NCBI GenBank assembly: GCA_965277775.1
Contig: OZ255843.1
Location: 583,451 to 647,450 of the forward strand
Reading direction: 5' to 3'
Origin: Gammaproteobacteria bacterium
GTDB taxonomy: Bacteria > Pseudomonadota > Gammaproteobacteria > CAKMZV01
Length of the DNA: 64,000 bases
The number at the start of each line of letters is the position of its first letter. Positions within the stretch are counted from its first letter, which is position 1. Of this stretch, positions 18,919-29,039 are shown piece by piece. The position numbers and the translations under genes are program-made. The notes below the pieces were generated by a model, which worked only from the letters and a program-made list of their open reading frames with translations, did not search any database and was not told the origin of the DNA.

Positions 18919-19619
18919 AGCGAACCTTTTATCCTTGATGAGCCTACCAATCCACTGATATTGACGGCAACCTTACGCGCATCCTTGTTCAAAGGCTGCA
19001 TATGAAGTTGTTTAGTTTGTTTCTGCACCACTAGTATCTCAACCAGCCCTAAAGCGGACCACACAGGTAAGAATGTTTTAGAATTTAATAAATGATTCAT
19101 CAACCCTTCTGCATGGATCACCGTAAAACCTTGTTTTTTTATACACTGTTTTTGTTCTGAATAGGGTGTTTTTGGGCACACTTTCAACATCCCTCTATAA
19201 TAGCGATTGCCTAATACATATTTTGCCCAAAACGAGCGGTTGTAGAATAATAAAAAGCACATCCCATTGGGCATAAGAACGCGCCAAATTTCACTCAATA
19301 TCTCTGCGATGTTTTCTGATTGTTCGAGGACGTGTGGAGCTATAACGATTTGTACAGATTCAGAGCCCACGCCCAACTGTTGGTATTCTGACACAATGTC
19401 CTGAGTATGTTCAGCTCTTAAAGGTTCAGCAAGGATTTGAATGCAATCTTTGGACTCAACCATGCTTTGGGCATAGGGTAATAGTCCAGCTCGGTTTAAG
19501 ATCAAAAAACTGTTGCCATTGGTATGGCTTAGCAGCCATTTTAAGCGCTGACGCTCATTGGATCCAATGCGCCGACTCAAACGTTGCTGTTTCCAAAATA
19601 TCATCTCTGGTGAATACAT
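18915..19619 (-). CDS. yafS: Class I SAM-dependent methyltransferase, YafS-like.
   Basis: Similar to E. coli YafS (VLMPNGMCFLLFYNRSFW vs LIDDGWLVISGFNP). Conserved rnhA-yafS synteny. The track start at 19670 overlaps lplT. The Met at about 19619 (MYSPEM...) is preferred. Confidence 0.55.
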   Translation of the reverse strand: MYSPEMIFWKQQRLSRRIGSNERQRLKWLLSHTNGNSFLILNRAGLLPYAQSMVESKDCIQILAEPLRAEHTQDIVSEYQQLGVGSESVQIVIAPHVLEQSENIAEILSEIWRVLMPNGMCFLLFYNRSFWAKYVLGNRYYRGMLKVCPKTPYSEQKQCIKKQGFTVIHAEGLMNHLLNSKTFLPVWSALGLVEILVVQKQTKQLHMQPLNKDARKVAVNISGLVGSSRIKGSL

Positions 19620-19624
19620 GCTTT

Positions 19625-20878
19625 TTAAAAACGTTTTTGACAAAACAAAATGATGGACACCGCACCACACAAAACACCGAGCATTAAAAGGAGCATGCTC
19701 AGTGTCATACTAATCGCGTACCCAATAACAAACATGACAGCAGATGATACCATAAAAAACGCATTTAAAACATTATTCAAACCAATGATTTTTGCTCGTT
19801 CTTTTGACTGGGTGTGTTGTTGGATCGCGGTATAAATTGGCACAATGTACGCCCCAAGTGCGGCAGAAATCAGTGTCAATCTAAACAGGATACCCCAATA
19901 GCTATTGGTTTGTGCACCCTCTGAATTGATTGGATCAATGCCCTGTTGAAATGCATTTAGACTGAAAAATAACTCGACCAACAGCAGGGCACAAACGACC
20001 ATGGCCCAAGAAGGATAGCGCATATGAATCGTCCCTTTCATCCATTTTGCAATGCCAATCGCACCAACGCCGACACCCACAGCAAAGGCGGCAATGAAAT
20101 AGGTCACAGCGGTTTCGGGCAACAGCAGGATCGTTTTAGTCAGAACGGGTATTTGACTCAGTAAACTGGCGCCAACAAACCAAAACCAAGAATTGCTGAG
20201 CAGTAGAAAGCGCACATCGCCTCGATGCTTAAGTTGACTCAATTGATGCCACGTCTCACCCCATTGCACACCCAAACGGCTGAGCGATTTTGGACCAGGC
20301 TCATTTGGCATACGATACGCCATGAATAGGCCCATCGATGCCATGATGACCAGCAGGCTGATTAAAATCACCAACCAATCATCGAATATCACCAAGTAAC
20401 TGCCCACCAGTGTCCCCATGAGTATGGCTGTAAAAGTGGCCACATTGATCCAGGCATTGGCCATCAGCCAGTGTTCTTTTATCAATATTTTGGGAATGAT
20501 CGCATACTTTACCGGTCCAAAGAAAACCGATTGTGTCGCTAATAAAAATACCACGATCAGCATCAAAGCGAGGTTCTCCCAGTAAAACGCCATTGCCACC
20601 AAAGCCAGTACGCCAAACTCACACCATTTTATCCATATGGTTAATTGGCGCATTTCAACAGCATCCGCTATACGTCCTGCATAAACAGAAAACAGCAAAA
20701 AGGGCAGGATAAAAATCCCCTGAGTGACAGTGACTAATATTTCAATTTGATAGCCGTTTTTTTCCGCCATGCCATAAGCGAGCAGTACAGCCAAGGTGCT
20801 TTTGAGGAGGTTGTCGTTAAAACTGCCAGTAAAGCTGACCCACCACAGCGGAAAAAAATTGCGTTGTAAGATCATCAT
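19625..20878 (-). CDS. lplT: MFS transporter, lysophospholipid transporter LplT-like.
   Basis: 417 aa, about 12 predicted TM segments. N-terminal FFPLWWVSFTGSFNDNLLKSTLAVLL resembles LplT ([23 protein letters not shown]). Confidence 0.55.
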   Translation of the reverse strand: MMILQRNFFPLWWVSFTGSFNDNLLKSTLAVLLAYGMAEKNGYQIEILVTVTQGIFILPFLLFSVYAGRIADAVEMRQLTIWIKWCEFGVLALVAMAFYWENLALMLIVVFLLATQSVFFGPVKYAIIPKILIKEHWLMANAWINVATFTAILMGTLVGSYLVIFDDWLVILISLLVIMASMGLFMAYRMPNEPGPKSLSRLGVQWGETWHQLSQLKHRGDVRFLLLSNSWFWFVGASLLSQIPVLTKTILLLPETAVTYFIAAFAVGVGVGAIGIAKWMKGTIHMRYPSWAMVVCALLLVELFFSLNAFQQGIDPINSEGAQTNSYWGILFRLTLISAALGAYIVPIYTAIQQHTQSKERAKIIGLNNVLNAFFMVSSAVMFVIGYAISMTLSMLLLMLGVLCGAVSIILFCQKRF

Positions 20879-20925
20879 AAGACATCCGAACCTGAGAAAG
20901 ACTCATTTTCACAAACCCTTGAACT

Positions 20926-20948
20926 ACCGTTAAACTTAGATTTAACGG
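20926..20948. terminator. Inverted repeat CCGTTAAA-cttaga-TTTAACGG between the fabI 3' end and the lplT start.
   Basis: Perfect 8-bp stem with a 6-nt loop. No strong U-tract, so its function as a terminator is uncertain. Confidence 0.3.
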
Positions 20949-20984
20949 CGGTTGTGGTCAGATGACTTATGATTGATAAGACGA

Positions 20985-21758
20985 TTAAACAGCCGCAACG
21001 AAGTTGTAGCCGCCATCAACATAAACAATCTCACCAGTAATCCCTGAAGCCATATCTGAACATAGAAAAGCAGCGGTATTGCCGACTTCTTCAATCGTCA
21101 CGTTGCGACGTAAGGGTGTGGACTGAGTTGAACGATCCAATAATTCACGAAAATCTTTGATGCCACTGGCTGCCAATGTGCGGATGGGACCAGCAGAAAT
21201 GGCATTGACTCGAATCCCCTCTGGACCCATTGCACTGGCCATATAGCGGGTACACGCTTCTAAACTGGCTTTGGCAATACCCATCACATTATAGTTAGGG
21301 ACAGCGCGCACCGCACCAAGATAGGTCAAAGTCAACATGGCACCGCCCTCTGTCATCAAAGGTCTTAGAGTTTTACCCAAAGCAATGAAGCTCCAAGCAC
21401 TGATGTCGTGCGCTGTTTTAAACCCTTCTCGCGTTGCCACGTCCATGTAATTGCCTTCTAATTCTTCACGGGGCGCAAATCCAACAGAATGGATCACAAT
21501 ATCGACATGACCCCAGTGTTGCTTGATGCCATCATGAACGGCTTGCAGTTGTTGTTCATCGGTCACATCCAATGGCATGACGATGTTAGAACCAACCGCA
21601 TTGGCTAACTTTTCCACGCGTGATTGGAGTTTTTCTGTTTGATAAGTTAGGGCAATTTCTGCGCCTTCACGATGCATTGCATGCGTGATGCCACTAGCAA
21701 TTGACTTGTCATTTGCCACCCCAACGATCAATGCTTTTTTACCTGATAATAATCCCAT
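20985..21758 (-). CDS. fabI: Enoyl-[acyl-carrier-protein] reductase (NADH).
   Basis: 257 aa. [22 protein letters not shown]-terminus and Y-x6-K active-site spacing typical of FabI. Confidence 0.9.
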   Translation of the reverse strand: MGLLSGKKALIVGVANDKSIASGITHAMHREGAEIALTYQTEKLQSRVEKLANAVGSNIVMPLDVTDEQQLQAVHDGIKQHWGHVDIVIHSVGFAPREELEGNYMDVATREGFKTAHDISAWSFIALGKTLRPLMTEGGAMLTLTYLGAVRAVPNYNVMGIAKASLEACTRYMASAMGPEGIRVNAISAGPIRTLAASGIKDFRELLDRSTQSTPLRRNVTIEEVGNTAAFLCSDMASGITGEIVYVDGGYNFVAAV

Positions 21759-21859
21759 AATAATTTATCCTCTCAGTTGTTTTGAAAATTGTAACCTTTG
21801 TTACCCCAATTTATATAATCTTCTGCCCGATCACAGTTGTTTGATACGCACAACGCCGC

Positions 21860-23539
21860 TTATGATTGTTGCGTGTCGTGGCGCATGAGCGGAAACAGCA
21901 GCACATCGCGTATGCTGGTAACGTTGGTCAGCAGCATCACCAATCTATCGATGCCAATGCCCTCACCCGCTGTGGGTGGCATGCCGTACTCGAGCGCCAT
22001 GATGTAATCTTCATCATAGTACATGGCTTCAGCATCCCCGCCATCACGTACCTGCACTTGATCGCGGAAACGTTGTGCCTGATCTTCTGGATCGTTTAAT
22101 TCTGAAAATCCATTGGCAATTTCTCGTCCACCGATGAACAATTCAAATCGATCTGTTATGGCTGGGTTATCATTGTTTCTTCGCGCCAAGGGCGAAACCT
22201 CAGCGGGATATTCGGTGATGAAGGTGGGTTGGATGAGCGAATCTTCAACCAAGTGTTCAAATATTTCCGTTTGCTTCTTACCCACACCCCAATCTGCTGC
22301 CACTTTGACCTCTAAGGTTTTTAAGACTTCGGTTAAAACGTCGTCGTCATCCACATTTTTTTCTGTCAATGAGTTGCAAGCTTTGATGATCGACTGCTTC
22401 ATGGTCAGTCGAGCAAACTTTGGTGAAAAATCTATGTATTTTTGATCCCATTCAAAAAACTGTTCCCCTAAAATATGATCCGCCAATTCCCTTAGCAGCA
22501 CTTCGGTCATGTCCATGAGATCGTGATAGGTTGCATAAGCTTGATAGAATTCAATCATGGTGAATTCAGGATTATGTCGTGTTGAAAGCCCCTCATTGCG
22601 GAAATTCCGATTGATTTCATAGACCCGATCCAATCCCCCCACGATGAGTTTTTTTAAATACAACTCGGGCGCAATGCGTAAATATAAATCCATATCCAAG
22701 GCATTGTGATGCGTCACAAAAGGTTTGGCAATGGCGCCACCTGGAATAGCATGCATCATGGGTGTTTCAACTTCTAAAAACGCTCTTTGATTAAAGAATG
22801 TTCGAATGTATGAAATGATGGCGCTGCGCTTTTGAAATATTTGGCGCGAAGTCTCATTGACCATTAAATCAACATAGCGCCGTCTATAGCGCAATTCAAT
22901 GTCCTGCAGGCCATGATATTTATCGGGTAAGCTTCTGAGCGATTTACTCAGCAATTGAATGTCCTTAACATGAACGGTTAGTTCGCCCTTATCGGTTACA
23001 AATAATTGACCGCTGACGCCAATGATGTCACCGGCATCCATTTGTTTGAACTGCTGGTATTGGTCTTGAGCCATAGCATCTCGACTGAGATAAAGTTGCA
23101 AGCGACTGCCACCATCTTCTAAGTTGGCAAACGACACCTTACCCATGATTCTTTGTTGAAATAAACGCCCAGCAATGGTCACCTGATGGGCTTGCTCTTT
23201 AAGGGCTTGTTGGTCTAAATCTGCAAATGTCTCAATGATGTCAGCACAACGATCGCTTCGTTGAAAATTATTAGGATAGGCGGAACCTGTTTGACGCAAA
23301 GCATAGAGTTTAAGCCGTCTGCGCACTTCTTCATCACGTTTTAGCGCCTCTAAAACGTGTTTTTTCAGTCCATGGATTTGGCCTTTTTCAGGCAATGAAT
23401 CATCCCAATCCTTGGTCCATTCCTTTATTTTAGTCTGATCAATGGTCACCGACGCTGTCATACTTGCATCGGTTCTGACAATGCGCACAATGGCTTCGCC
23501 CCAATCTGTTTTAACCGACTGCTGAAAAGAAGTATCCAT
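21860..23539 (-). CDS. lysS: Lysine--tRNA ligase (class II).
   Basis: Class II motifs (FELFIGGREIANGFSELNDPEDQAQRF, GIGIDRLVMLL). OB-fold anticodon-binding N-domain. The track start gives 559 aa. A Met at about 23461 gives a more typical length. Confidence 0.85.
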   Translation of the reverse strand: MDTSFQQSVKTDWGEAIVRIVRTDASMTASVTIDQTKIKEWTKDWDDSLPEKGQIHGLKKHVLEALKRDEEVRRRLKLYALRQTGSAYPNNFQRSDRCADIIETFADLDQQALKEQAHQVTIAGRLFQQRIMGKVSFANLEDGGSRLQLYLSRDAMAQDQYQQFKQMDAGDIIGVSGQLFVTDKGELTVHVKDIQLLSKSLRSLPDKYHGLQDIELRYRRRYVDLMVNETSRQIFQKRSAIISYIRTFFNQRAFLEVETPMMHAIPGGAIAKPFVTHHNALDMDLYLRIAPELYLKKLIVGGLDRVYEINRNFRNEGLSTRHNPEFTMIEFYQAYATYHDLMDMTEVLLRELADHILGEQFFEWDQKYIDFSPKFARLTMKQSIIKACNSLTEKNVDDDDVLTEVLKTLEVKVAADWGVGKKQTEIFEHLVEDSLIQPTFITEYPAEVSPLARRNNDNPAITDRFELFIGGREIANGFSELNDPEDQAQRFRDQVQVRDGGDAEAMYYDEDYIMALEYGMPPTAGEGIGIDRLVMLLTNVTSIRDVLLFPLMRHDTQQS

Positions 23540-23812
23540 GTTTAAAGTGTATTAATGTGTTTTTATCGTGGATTATTACAAGGCTTAAGCCTTAGTTATT
23601 GTACCTGCTTCAGCCTAAAACGGCTTGTCTCTAATGTGATAGGAAACCCAAATCCAAGTGCATTTTGAAGGCGAAATGATTGACAATCCTGACTTGAGGG
23701 CATGGGTTGATGCATTTGACAGCGCGCTCTGTCATGGAAGCGACAGACATCGCAGTTGAGGTTCGATTAGGAAATGAGCTGAGCAAAGGCAAAACGCCTT
23801 TCAAGCAAAAAG

Positions 23813-24562
23813 CTAAGTGACGTCTTTCCAGTATTCTTTTTTCAGTAATACGGCAAGAATCAGTAAACCGAATAGGAATAATATCACCCACATACCCAAT
23901 TCATGGCGATCGGTTTTTTGTGGTTCACTGATAAATTCCATGAAATTGACGACATCACGTAACATTTCTTCAAATTTTTCTTCTTTTTCTAATATGATGG
24001 CTTTGCCCTTACCATCAATATAAGGTTTGCTTGATTGCGTGCCTATGATCCGATTTTCGCTGGCATCGGCGTACATGGCTTGACGCAGACCCTGTTCACC
24101 AAAGAAAGGATTGGGCATGGCTGATCCAGGAAATACATAGTTGTCTGTTTGACCTGATTCTGTTTGATAATAGGCTTGCAAATAGGTGAACAACCAATCT
24201 GTGCCGCGCACCTTCGCACTCAATGTCAGGTCTGCTGGAATAACGTTAAAAGCCGCAATGGCCGCATCTGCATTCATGCCAGCAACCATATGGTCTTGAT
24301 ACTTGGCACGTCCTTTGATGAGAAGCTTTTCAACTTCTTCTTCAGACCATAACAATCGATGGGCAATAACACTGTAACGGATGTATTTTGCCGAGTGACA
24401 GCTGGCACATTTGGCTTCAAAAATAAGCGCGCCTCGGCGTAATGATTCAATGTCATATAAATCATTATTAGGTTCCAGCAAAGGTACAGAACTGCCGCCT
24501 GCACCGAACACAGCAGGGCTGATACATAAGAAAAATAATAGACTGGCAATGATTTTTTTCAT
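23813..24562 (-). CDS. petC: Ubiquinol-cytochrome c reductase cytochrome c1 subunit.
   Basis: Signal peptide, CASCHS heme-binding motif and a C-terminal membrane anchor. It follows petB. Confidence 0.8.
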   Translation of the reverse strand: MKKIIASLLFFLCISPAVFGAGGSSVPLLEPNNDLYDIESLRRGALIFEAKCASCHSAKYIRYSVIAHRLLWSEEEVEKLLIKGRAKYQDHMVAGMNADAAIAAFNVIPADLTLSAKVRGTDWLFTYLQAYYQTESGQTDNYVFPGSAMPNPFFGEQGLRQAMYADASENRIIGTQSSKPYIDGKGKAIILEKEEKFEEMLRDVVNFMEFISEPQKTDRHELGMWVILFLFGLLILAVLLKKEYWKDVT

Positions 24563-24575
24563 AAGTAATTCCGTG

Positions 24576-25796
24576 TCAAGTCAGATTCGTTGGCAAAGGT
24601 TTCATCGGTTCCCTGGCGGTGTAGAACGGCATCAGCAGGAAGTACGAAAAATAAACAATGGTGAAAAAACGTGACATGTATTTAAATAATTCGGTCACTG
24701 GCTGTGTGCCCAACCAACCCAGAATGATGAATGAAATTGTAAAGGCCGCCAACATGGTCATTGACTGCCAAGAGCGATAACGGAGCGAACGATTTTTTGC
24801 GCGATCTAACCAAGGTAAGGCAAAGAATAATAAAATCGCCATGAACATCACAACGGCGCCCAAAAACTTATCTGGCACCGCCCTAAGCATGGCGTAATAA
24901 GGTGTGAAATACCATACTGGGGCAATGTGTTCTGGTGTTTTAAGCGGATTGGCTGCTTCAAAATTCGGCTTTTCTAAGAAATAGCCGTTCATCTCTGGAA
25001 TGAAGAACACCACCGCGCAAAATAAAATCAAAAAGATCACAACGCCAGTAACATCTTTTACTGTGTAGTATGGATGAAAAGGAATGCTGTCAACAGGCAC
25101 ACCATTTTCGTCTTTATTATCCTTAATCTCTATGCCATCAGGGTTGTTCGAACCCACTCTATGAAGTGATACCAAATGAAGGAACACCAACATGATTAAG
25201 GCCAATGGCAAAGCAATAACGTGAAGCGCGAAAAAGCGATTGAGTGTAGCATCAGAAATCACAAAGTCACCGCGTATCCACACAGCCAGGCTTTCTCCAA
25301 CAAAAGGGATGGCACTGAACAATGAAATAATGACCTGAGCACCCCAGAATGACATCTGTCCCCAAGGCAATAAGTAACCCATAAATGCCTCAGCCATCAT
25401 AATCAAATAGATCAGACAGCCGATGATCCAAATCAATTCGCGTGGCCCTTTATAGGAGCCATACATCAGTCCTCTAAACATGTGCAGATAGACCACCACA
25501 AAAAAGGCAGAGGCACCTGTTGAATGCAAATAGCGAATCAGCCAACCCCATTCAACGTCGCGCATGATGAATTGCACAGAATCGAAGGCTTTTTCAGCAT
25601 CTGGTTTGTAGTACATGGTCAACCATAATCCAGTAATGATTTGAAGGACGAGTACAAGTAAGGCTAAGGAACCAAAGAAGTACCAAAAATTAAAATTCTT
25701 GGGTGCGGCGTATTTGCTCAGATGGTATTCCCACGTCTCGATCAGTGGAAAACGTTTATCAATCCATGCAATAAAAGCGTTTGTTTTTTCAGTCAT
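24576..25796 (-). CDS. petB: Cytochrome b of the bc1 complex.
   Basis: 406 aa polytopic protein with conserved His pairs and cytochrome b hallmarks such as the PEW triad (P272-E273-W274 in yeast), corresponding here to the PEMNGYF stretch. Confidence 0.9.
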   Translation of the reverse strand: MTEKTNAFIAWIDKRFPLIETWEYHLSKYAAPKNFNFWYFFGSLALLVLVLQIITGLWLTMYYKPDAEKAFDSVQFIMRDVEWGWLIRYLHSTGASAFFVVVYLHMFRGLMYGSYKGPRELIWIIGCLIYLIMMAEAFMGYLLPWGQMSFWGAQVIISLFSAIPFVGESLAVWIRGDFVISDATLNRFFALHVIALPLALIMLVFLHLVSLHRVGSNNPDGIEIKDNKDENGVPVDSIPFHPYYTVKDVTGVVIFLILFCAVVFFIPEMNGYFLEKPNFEAANPLKTPEHIAPVWYFTPYYAMLRAVPDKFLGAVVMFMAILLFFALPWLDRAKNRSLRYRSWQSMTMLAAFTISFIILGWLGTQPVTELFKYMSRFFTIVYFSYFLLMPFYTAREPMKPLPTNLT

Positions 25797-25829
25797 AATA
25801 ATGAATCTTCTGTGAAGGCGTTTATCTGA

Positions 25830-26411
25830 TTAAGTAATTTTCCCAATGAGTATCTGAGTATCACTGATAAATTTATACGGTGGGACAGGCATGTTCGTCG
25901 GTGCAGGCGCGCCATCATAAACTCGACCTGATAAGTCAAACTTAGAACCATGACAGGGGCAGAAAAATCCACCTTTCCAATCTTCACCCAAATCTTCACC
26001 GCCCACATCAGGACGATACAAAGGGGAACACCCAAGGTGGGTACATATACCGACTAAAACTAATAATTCAGGTTTGAGTGAACGCGCTGAAGTGTTTGCA
26101 AAATCGGGCTGTTCACTGTCCTCGCTGAGCGGGTCTTTGAGTAAGTCCGTCACTTGTTCTAAATTGTCTAATTCTTGTTGTGTCCGACGGACGATCCAAA
26201 CAGGTTTACCACGCCATGCAACGGTCAACAATTGACCTGGTTGCAGATTGGTAATGTTGACGTCAACGGGCGCACCTGAGGCGCGAGCTTTTGCACTCGG
26301 TTGCCACGCACTTAAAAAAGGATAACAAGCCGCAGCAACTCCGAAGCCACCTACAACAGAAGTTGAAGCGGTGAGAAATCTACGACGCGTAAGATCAGTT
26401 TGTTTTTTCAC
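25830..26411 (-). CDS. petA: Ubiquinol-cytochrome c reductase Rieske iron-sulfur subunit.
   Basis: Tat-like RRRFL N-terminus. Rieske boxes CTHLGC and CPCHGS. Confidence 0.85.
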   Translation of the reverse strand: MKKQTDLTRRRFLTASTSVVGGFGVAAACYPFLSAWQPSAKARASGAPVDVNITNLQPGQLLTVAWRGKPVWIVRRTQQELDNLEQVTDLLKDPLSEDSEQPDFANTSARSLKPELLVLVGICTHLGCSPLYRPDVGGEDLGEDWKGGFFCPCHGSKFDLSGRVYDGAPAPTNMPVPPYKFISDTQILIGKIT

Positions 26412-26572
26412 AATAAAACCTACAAAATGAAATGTTTAATTGGCATTCTTGATGCTTCTAATTATAAAGGGATTTGCCATCGCTTTCCTCCACAAATCGT
26501 CAACTAAAAGCAAGTGTGATTGTAACACCATTACAGCACAAATTCCTATTGAGTTTTGCCATGCATTTTTGT

Positions 26573-27961
26573 CTAATTAAGCAAAGATTGCAATATTTTT
26601 TCCATTTGCATGCCTCGCGAACCTTTAATCAATACAGTCGATGGGGTTTTTAATTGGTTCTGAACCCACTGTATCAAGCTTTTTTGATCGGGAAAATGCA
26701 CAGCTGACTGGTCTGAATTTTGTCTATGCTCATTAAAATATTGCGTTGCGTGCACACTGTCTTGACCCACTGCGCACAATAGATCTATGCCTTTTTCAAG
26801 CGCGTAGCGCGCCACATCCTGGTGCATCTGTACCTTTAGATCACCCAATTCCAACATATCTCCCATAATCAACATGGCGGGGGTGCCTTCAACTTTTGCT
26901 TCATCGGCCAACACATCAATGGCGGCATTAAAAGCTTCTGGGCTGGCGTTGTAGCTATCGTCAATGACGACCCCATGAGATAGCTTATGAAGTTGCAATC
27001 TGCCTGGAACCGTCGACAGAGCAAGCAATGCGGTTCGACACTCGGATAAACGCACCCCGCATTTCAATGCAGCCGCACAAGCCAGAGCGGCATTCAATGC
27101 ATTATGTCTGCCTAACAAAGGCAAGGTCAAATCAATGGTTGCTCCATTCGCCTGCAGCCGTGTTTCAACGCCGTGGTATTGCCAGTGAACAAATGCACTG
27201 GGGTCGGTTGCGCTGACTCGCAAAATCTGCGCTTGGGTCATTGCTTGCCATTGATCAAACCACGGACTATCCCCATCAATAACGGCATAACCCGTCCGAT
27301 CAAGACTTTGGAGCAATTCGCCTTTGGTTTGCGCGATTGTCTGGTGATTTTTAAATATGCCTATGTGCGCTGATTGCGCATTGGTCAATATGCCTATGTC
27401 TGGGCGAGCCACTTGACACAGCCAGGCAATGTCATTGGGTTGGCGCGCACCCATTTCCAAAACAACGTGCGATTGCCCTTGCCAAGCAAGCAAGGTTTTG
27501 GGCAAACCGATTTCATTATTAAAATTGGCTTGATTACTGTGGACAGAATGACCTTGTGCTAATAAGGCCATCAGCATTTCTTTAACCGTGGTTTTGCCAC
27601 TACTCCCAGTAATGCCAATGACTGTGCGATTTTTTTTAGAAGCGGTTGTAAGAGGCTGATGAAAAGCAAATGAAGCGAGTAAACCCAAGGCTTTTTGACT
27701 GTTTGTTACGCGCCAATACGGCCTGTCATCGCTGTTTTTTTGCTCACCAATGGCGGCAATCGCCCCTTGGTCGAATGCCTGTTGAATATAATCATGCCCA
27801 TCAAAGCGTAAACCCTTTATAGCAATAAAAACAGAGTGATTCTGATGTTCTCGTGCATCGGTACTGATGGATTGAATGTGCCCTTGAGCCCCCTCAGTTC
27901 TGGCTTCAATGAGAATGGGCTGGAGAATGTCGGAAATTTGATCGATGGCAATTTGAATCAC
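26573..27961 (-). CDS. murF: UDP-N-acetylmuramoyl-tripeptide--D-alanyl-D-alanine ligase.
   Basis: 462 aa. GITGSSGKTTVKEM P-loop. Overall collinear with E. coli MurF. Not adjacent to any other dcw gene. Confidence 0.85.
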   Translation of the reverse strand: MIQIAIDQISDILQPILIEARTEGAQGHIQSISTDAREHQNHSVFIAIKGLRFDGHDYIQQAFDQGAIAAIGEQKNSDDRPYWRVTNSQKALGLLASFAFHQPLTTASKKNRTVIGITGSSGKTTVKEMLMALLAQGHSVHSNQANFNNEIGLPKTLLAWQGQSHVVLEMGARQPNDIAWLCQVARPDIGILTNAQSAHIGIFKNHQTIAQTKGELLQSLDRTGYAVIDGDSPWFDQWQAMTQAQILRVSATDPSAFVHWQYHGVETRLQANGATIDLTLPLLGRHNALNAALACAAALKCGVRLSECRTALLALSTVPGRLQLHKLSHGVVIDDSYNASPEAFNAAIDVLADEAKVEGTPAMLIMGDMLELGDLKVQMHQDVARYALEKGIDLLCAVGQDSVHATQYFNEHRQNSDQSAVHFPDQKSLIQWVQNQLKTPSTVLIKGSRGMQMEKILQSLLN

Positions 27962-27981
27962 TTGAACACCGTGCAGTGAGA

Positions 27982-28956
27982 TTAAGCCGACGGCGGCGGT
28001 TCAAGAAAACTCAAATAATGGTCCACTTCATGCGCCGAGCCAAGCACGACTGGGATGCGCTGATGAATGTGTGTGGGCTGAACATCGAGTATGGCAATGT
28101 CTCGTGCCATGGCTTTGCCGCCTGCTTGCTCAACCAAAAAGCTCATAGGACTAGCTTCATAAATCAGACGAAGTTTGCCTGCTTTGTCAGGTTCTCTGTT
28201 ATCCCAAGGGTACATAAATATGCCCCCTCGCATGAAAATTCGATGCACATCGGCAACCATAGAAGCCACCCAGCGCATGTTATAGCGTTTCTTTAACACA
28301 CCGGCTTCACCCAAAAGACAGGCGCCGATATAGTTCTGTATTTCAGGACGCCAAAACCGCTGATTAGACATATTGATGGCAAATTCTTTGGTGTCTTTGA
28401 CAATCTTCATCGATTCTTGGATCAACACGAATTCATTGAGGCTTCGATCTAATAGATAAAGATGCGTTCCACGGCCCACCGACAACACCAATAAGGTAGA
28501 AGCACCGTATAAAACGTAGCCTGAAGCAATTTGAGAACGACCTGATTGTAAAAATGACGAGGCCACTGAAGACTGCGCTGGCAAAATGGAAAATATCGTC
28601 CCCACCGAAATATTGACATCAATATTTGAAGAACCGTCTAAGGGGTCAAAAGCCACAACATAAGCTCCTGATTCATGCCCCTGAATCGGTTGTTCTTCTT
28701 CCTCTGAAGCGATGCCAAAAACGGCTGAATTTTCTAATAAAACGGCTTTTAAGATGTCGTTTGAGATGATGTCTAATTGTTGCTGTCTTTCGCCTTGAAC
28801 ATTATCGGTTTGCGCTGCGCCTGTCACACCAGCCAAGTCGCCTTTGCCTAAGCGCCAGGCAATGTCTTTGCCGCCTGTAGCAATACACGCAATAACCTCA
28901 ATGAGATCCTTGGGGCATTGCTGCTGTGCAAGGTGCTCGTTTAAATGGCTATACAT
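27982..28956 (-). CDS. fbp: Fructose-1,6-bisphosphatase class 1.
   Basis: 324 aa. Resembles the FBPase class I fold (metal-binding DPLDGSSN motif and the C-terminal GKLRLIYE region). Confidence 0.85.
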   Translation of the reverse strand: MYSHLNEHLAQQQCPKDLIEVIACIATGGKDIAWRLGKGDLAGVTGAAQTDNVQGERQQQLDIISNDILKAVLLENSAVFGIASEEEEQPIQGHESGAYVVAFDPLDGSSNIDVNISVGTIFSILPAQSSVASSFLQSGRSQIASGYVLYGASTLLVLSVGRGTHLYLLDRSLNEFVLIQESMKIVKDTKEFAINMSNQRFWRPEIQNYIGACLLGEAGVLKKRYNMRWVASMVADVHRIFMRGGIFMYPWDNREPDKAGKLRLIYEASPMSFLVEQAGGKAMARDIAILDVQPTHIHQRIPVVLGSAHEVDHYLSFLEPPPSA

Positions 28957-29039
28957 AATGGTTATACATGGTAGTTAATATTGAATTCAACCTTTAGGAA
29001 ACCCTTGTGGTGCCACCAAATCGTTCTGTCGCACATCAA

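Noticed and set aside
21791-21804. GTAAC-cttt-GTTAC inverted repeat about 35 nt upstream of fabI as a possible FabR/FadR-type operator
   Set aside because: Only a 5-bp arm. It does not resemble known FabR or FadR consensus sites as I remember them. Likely chance.
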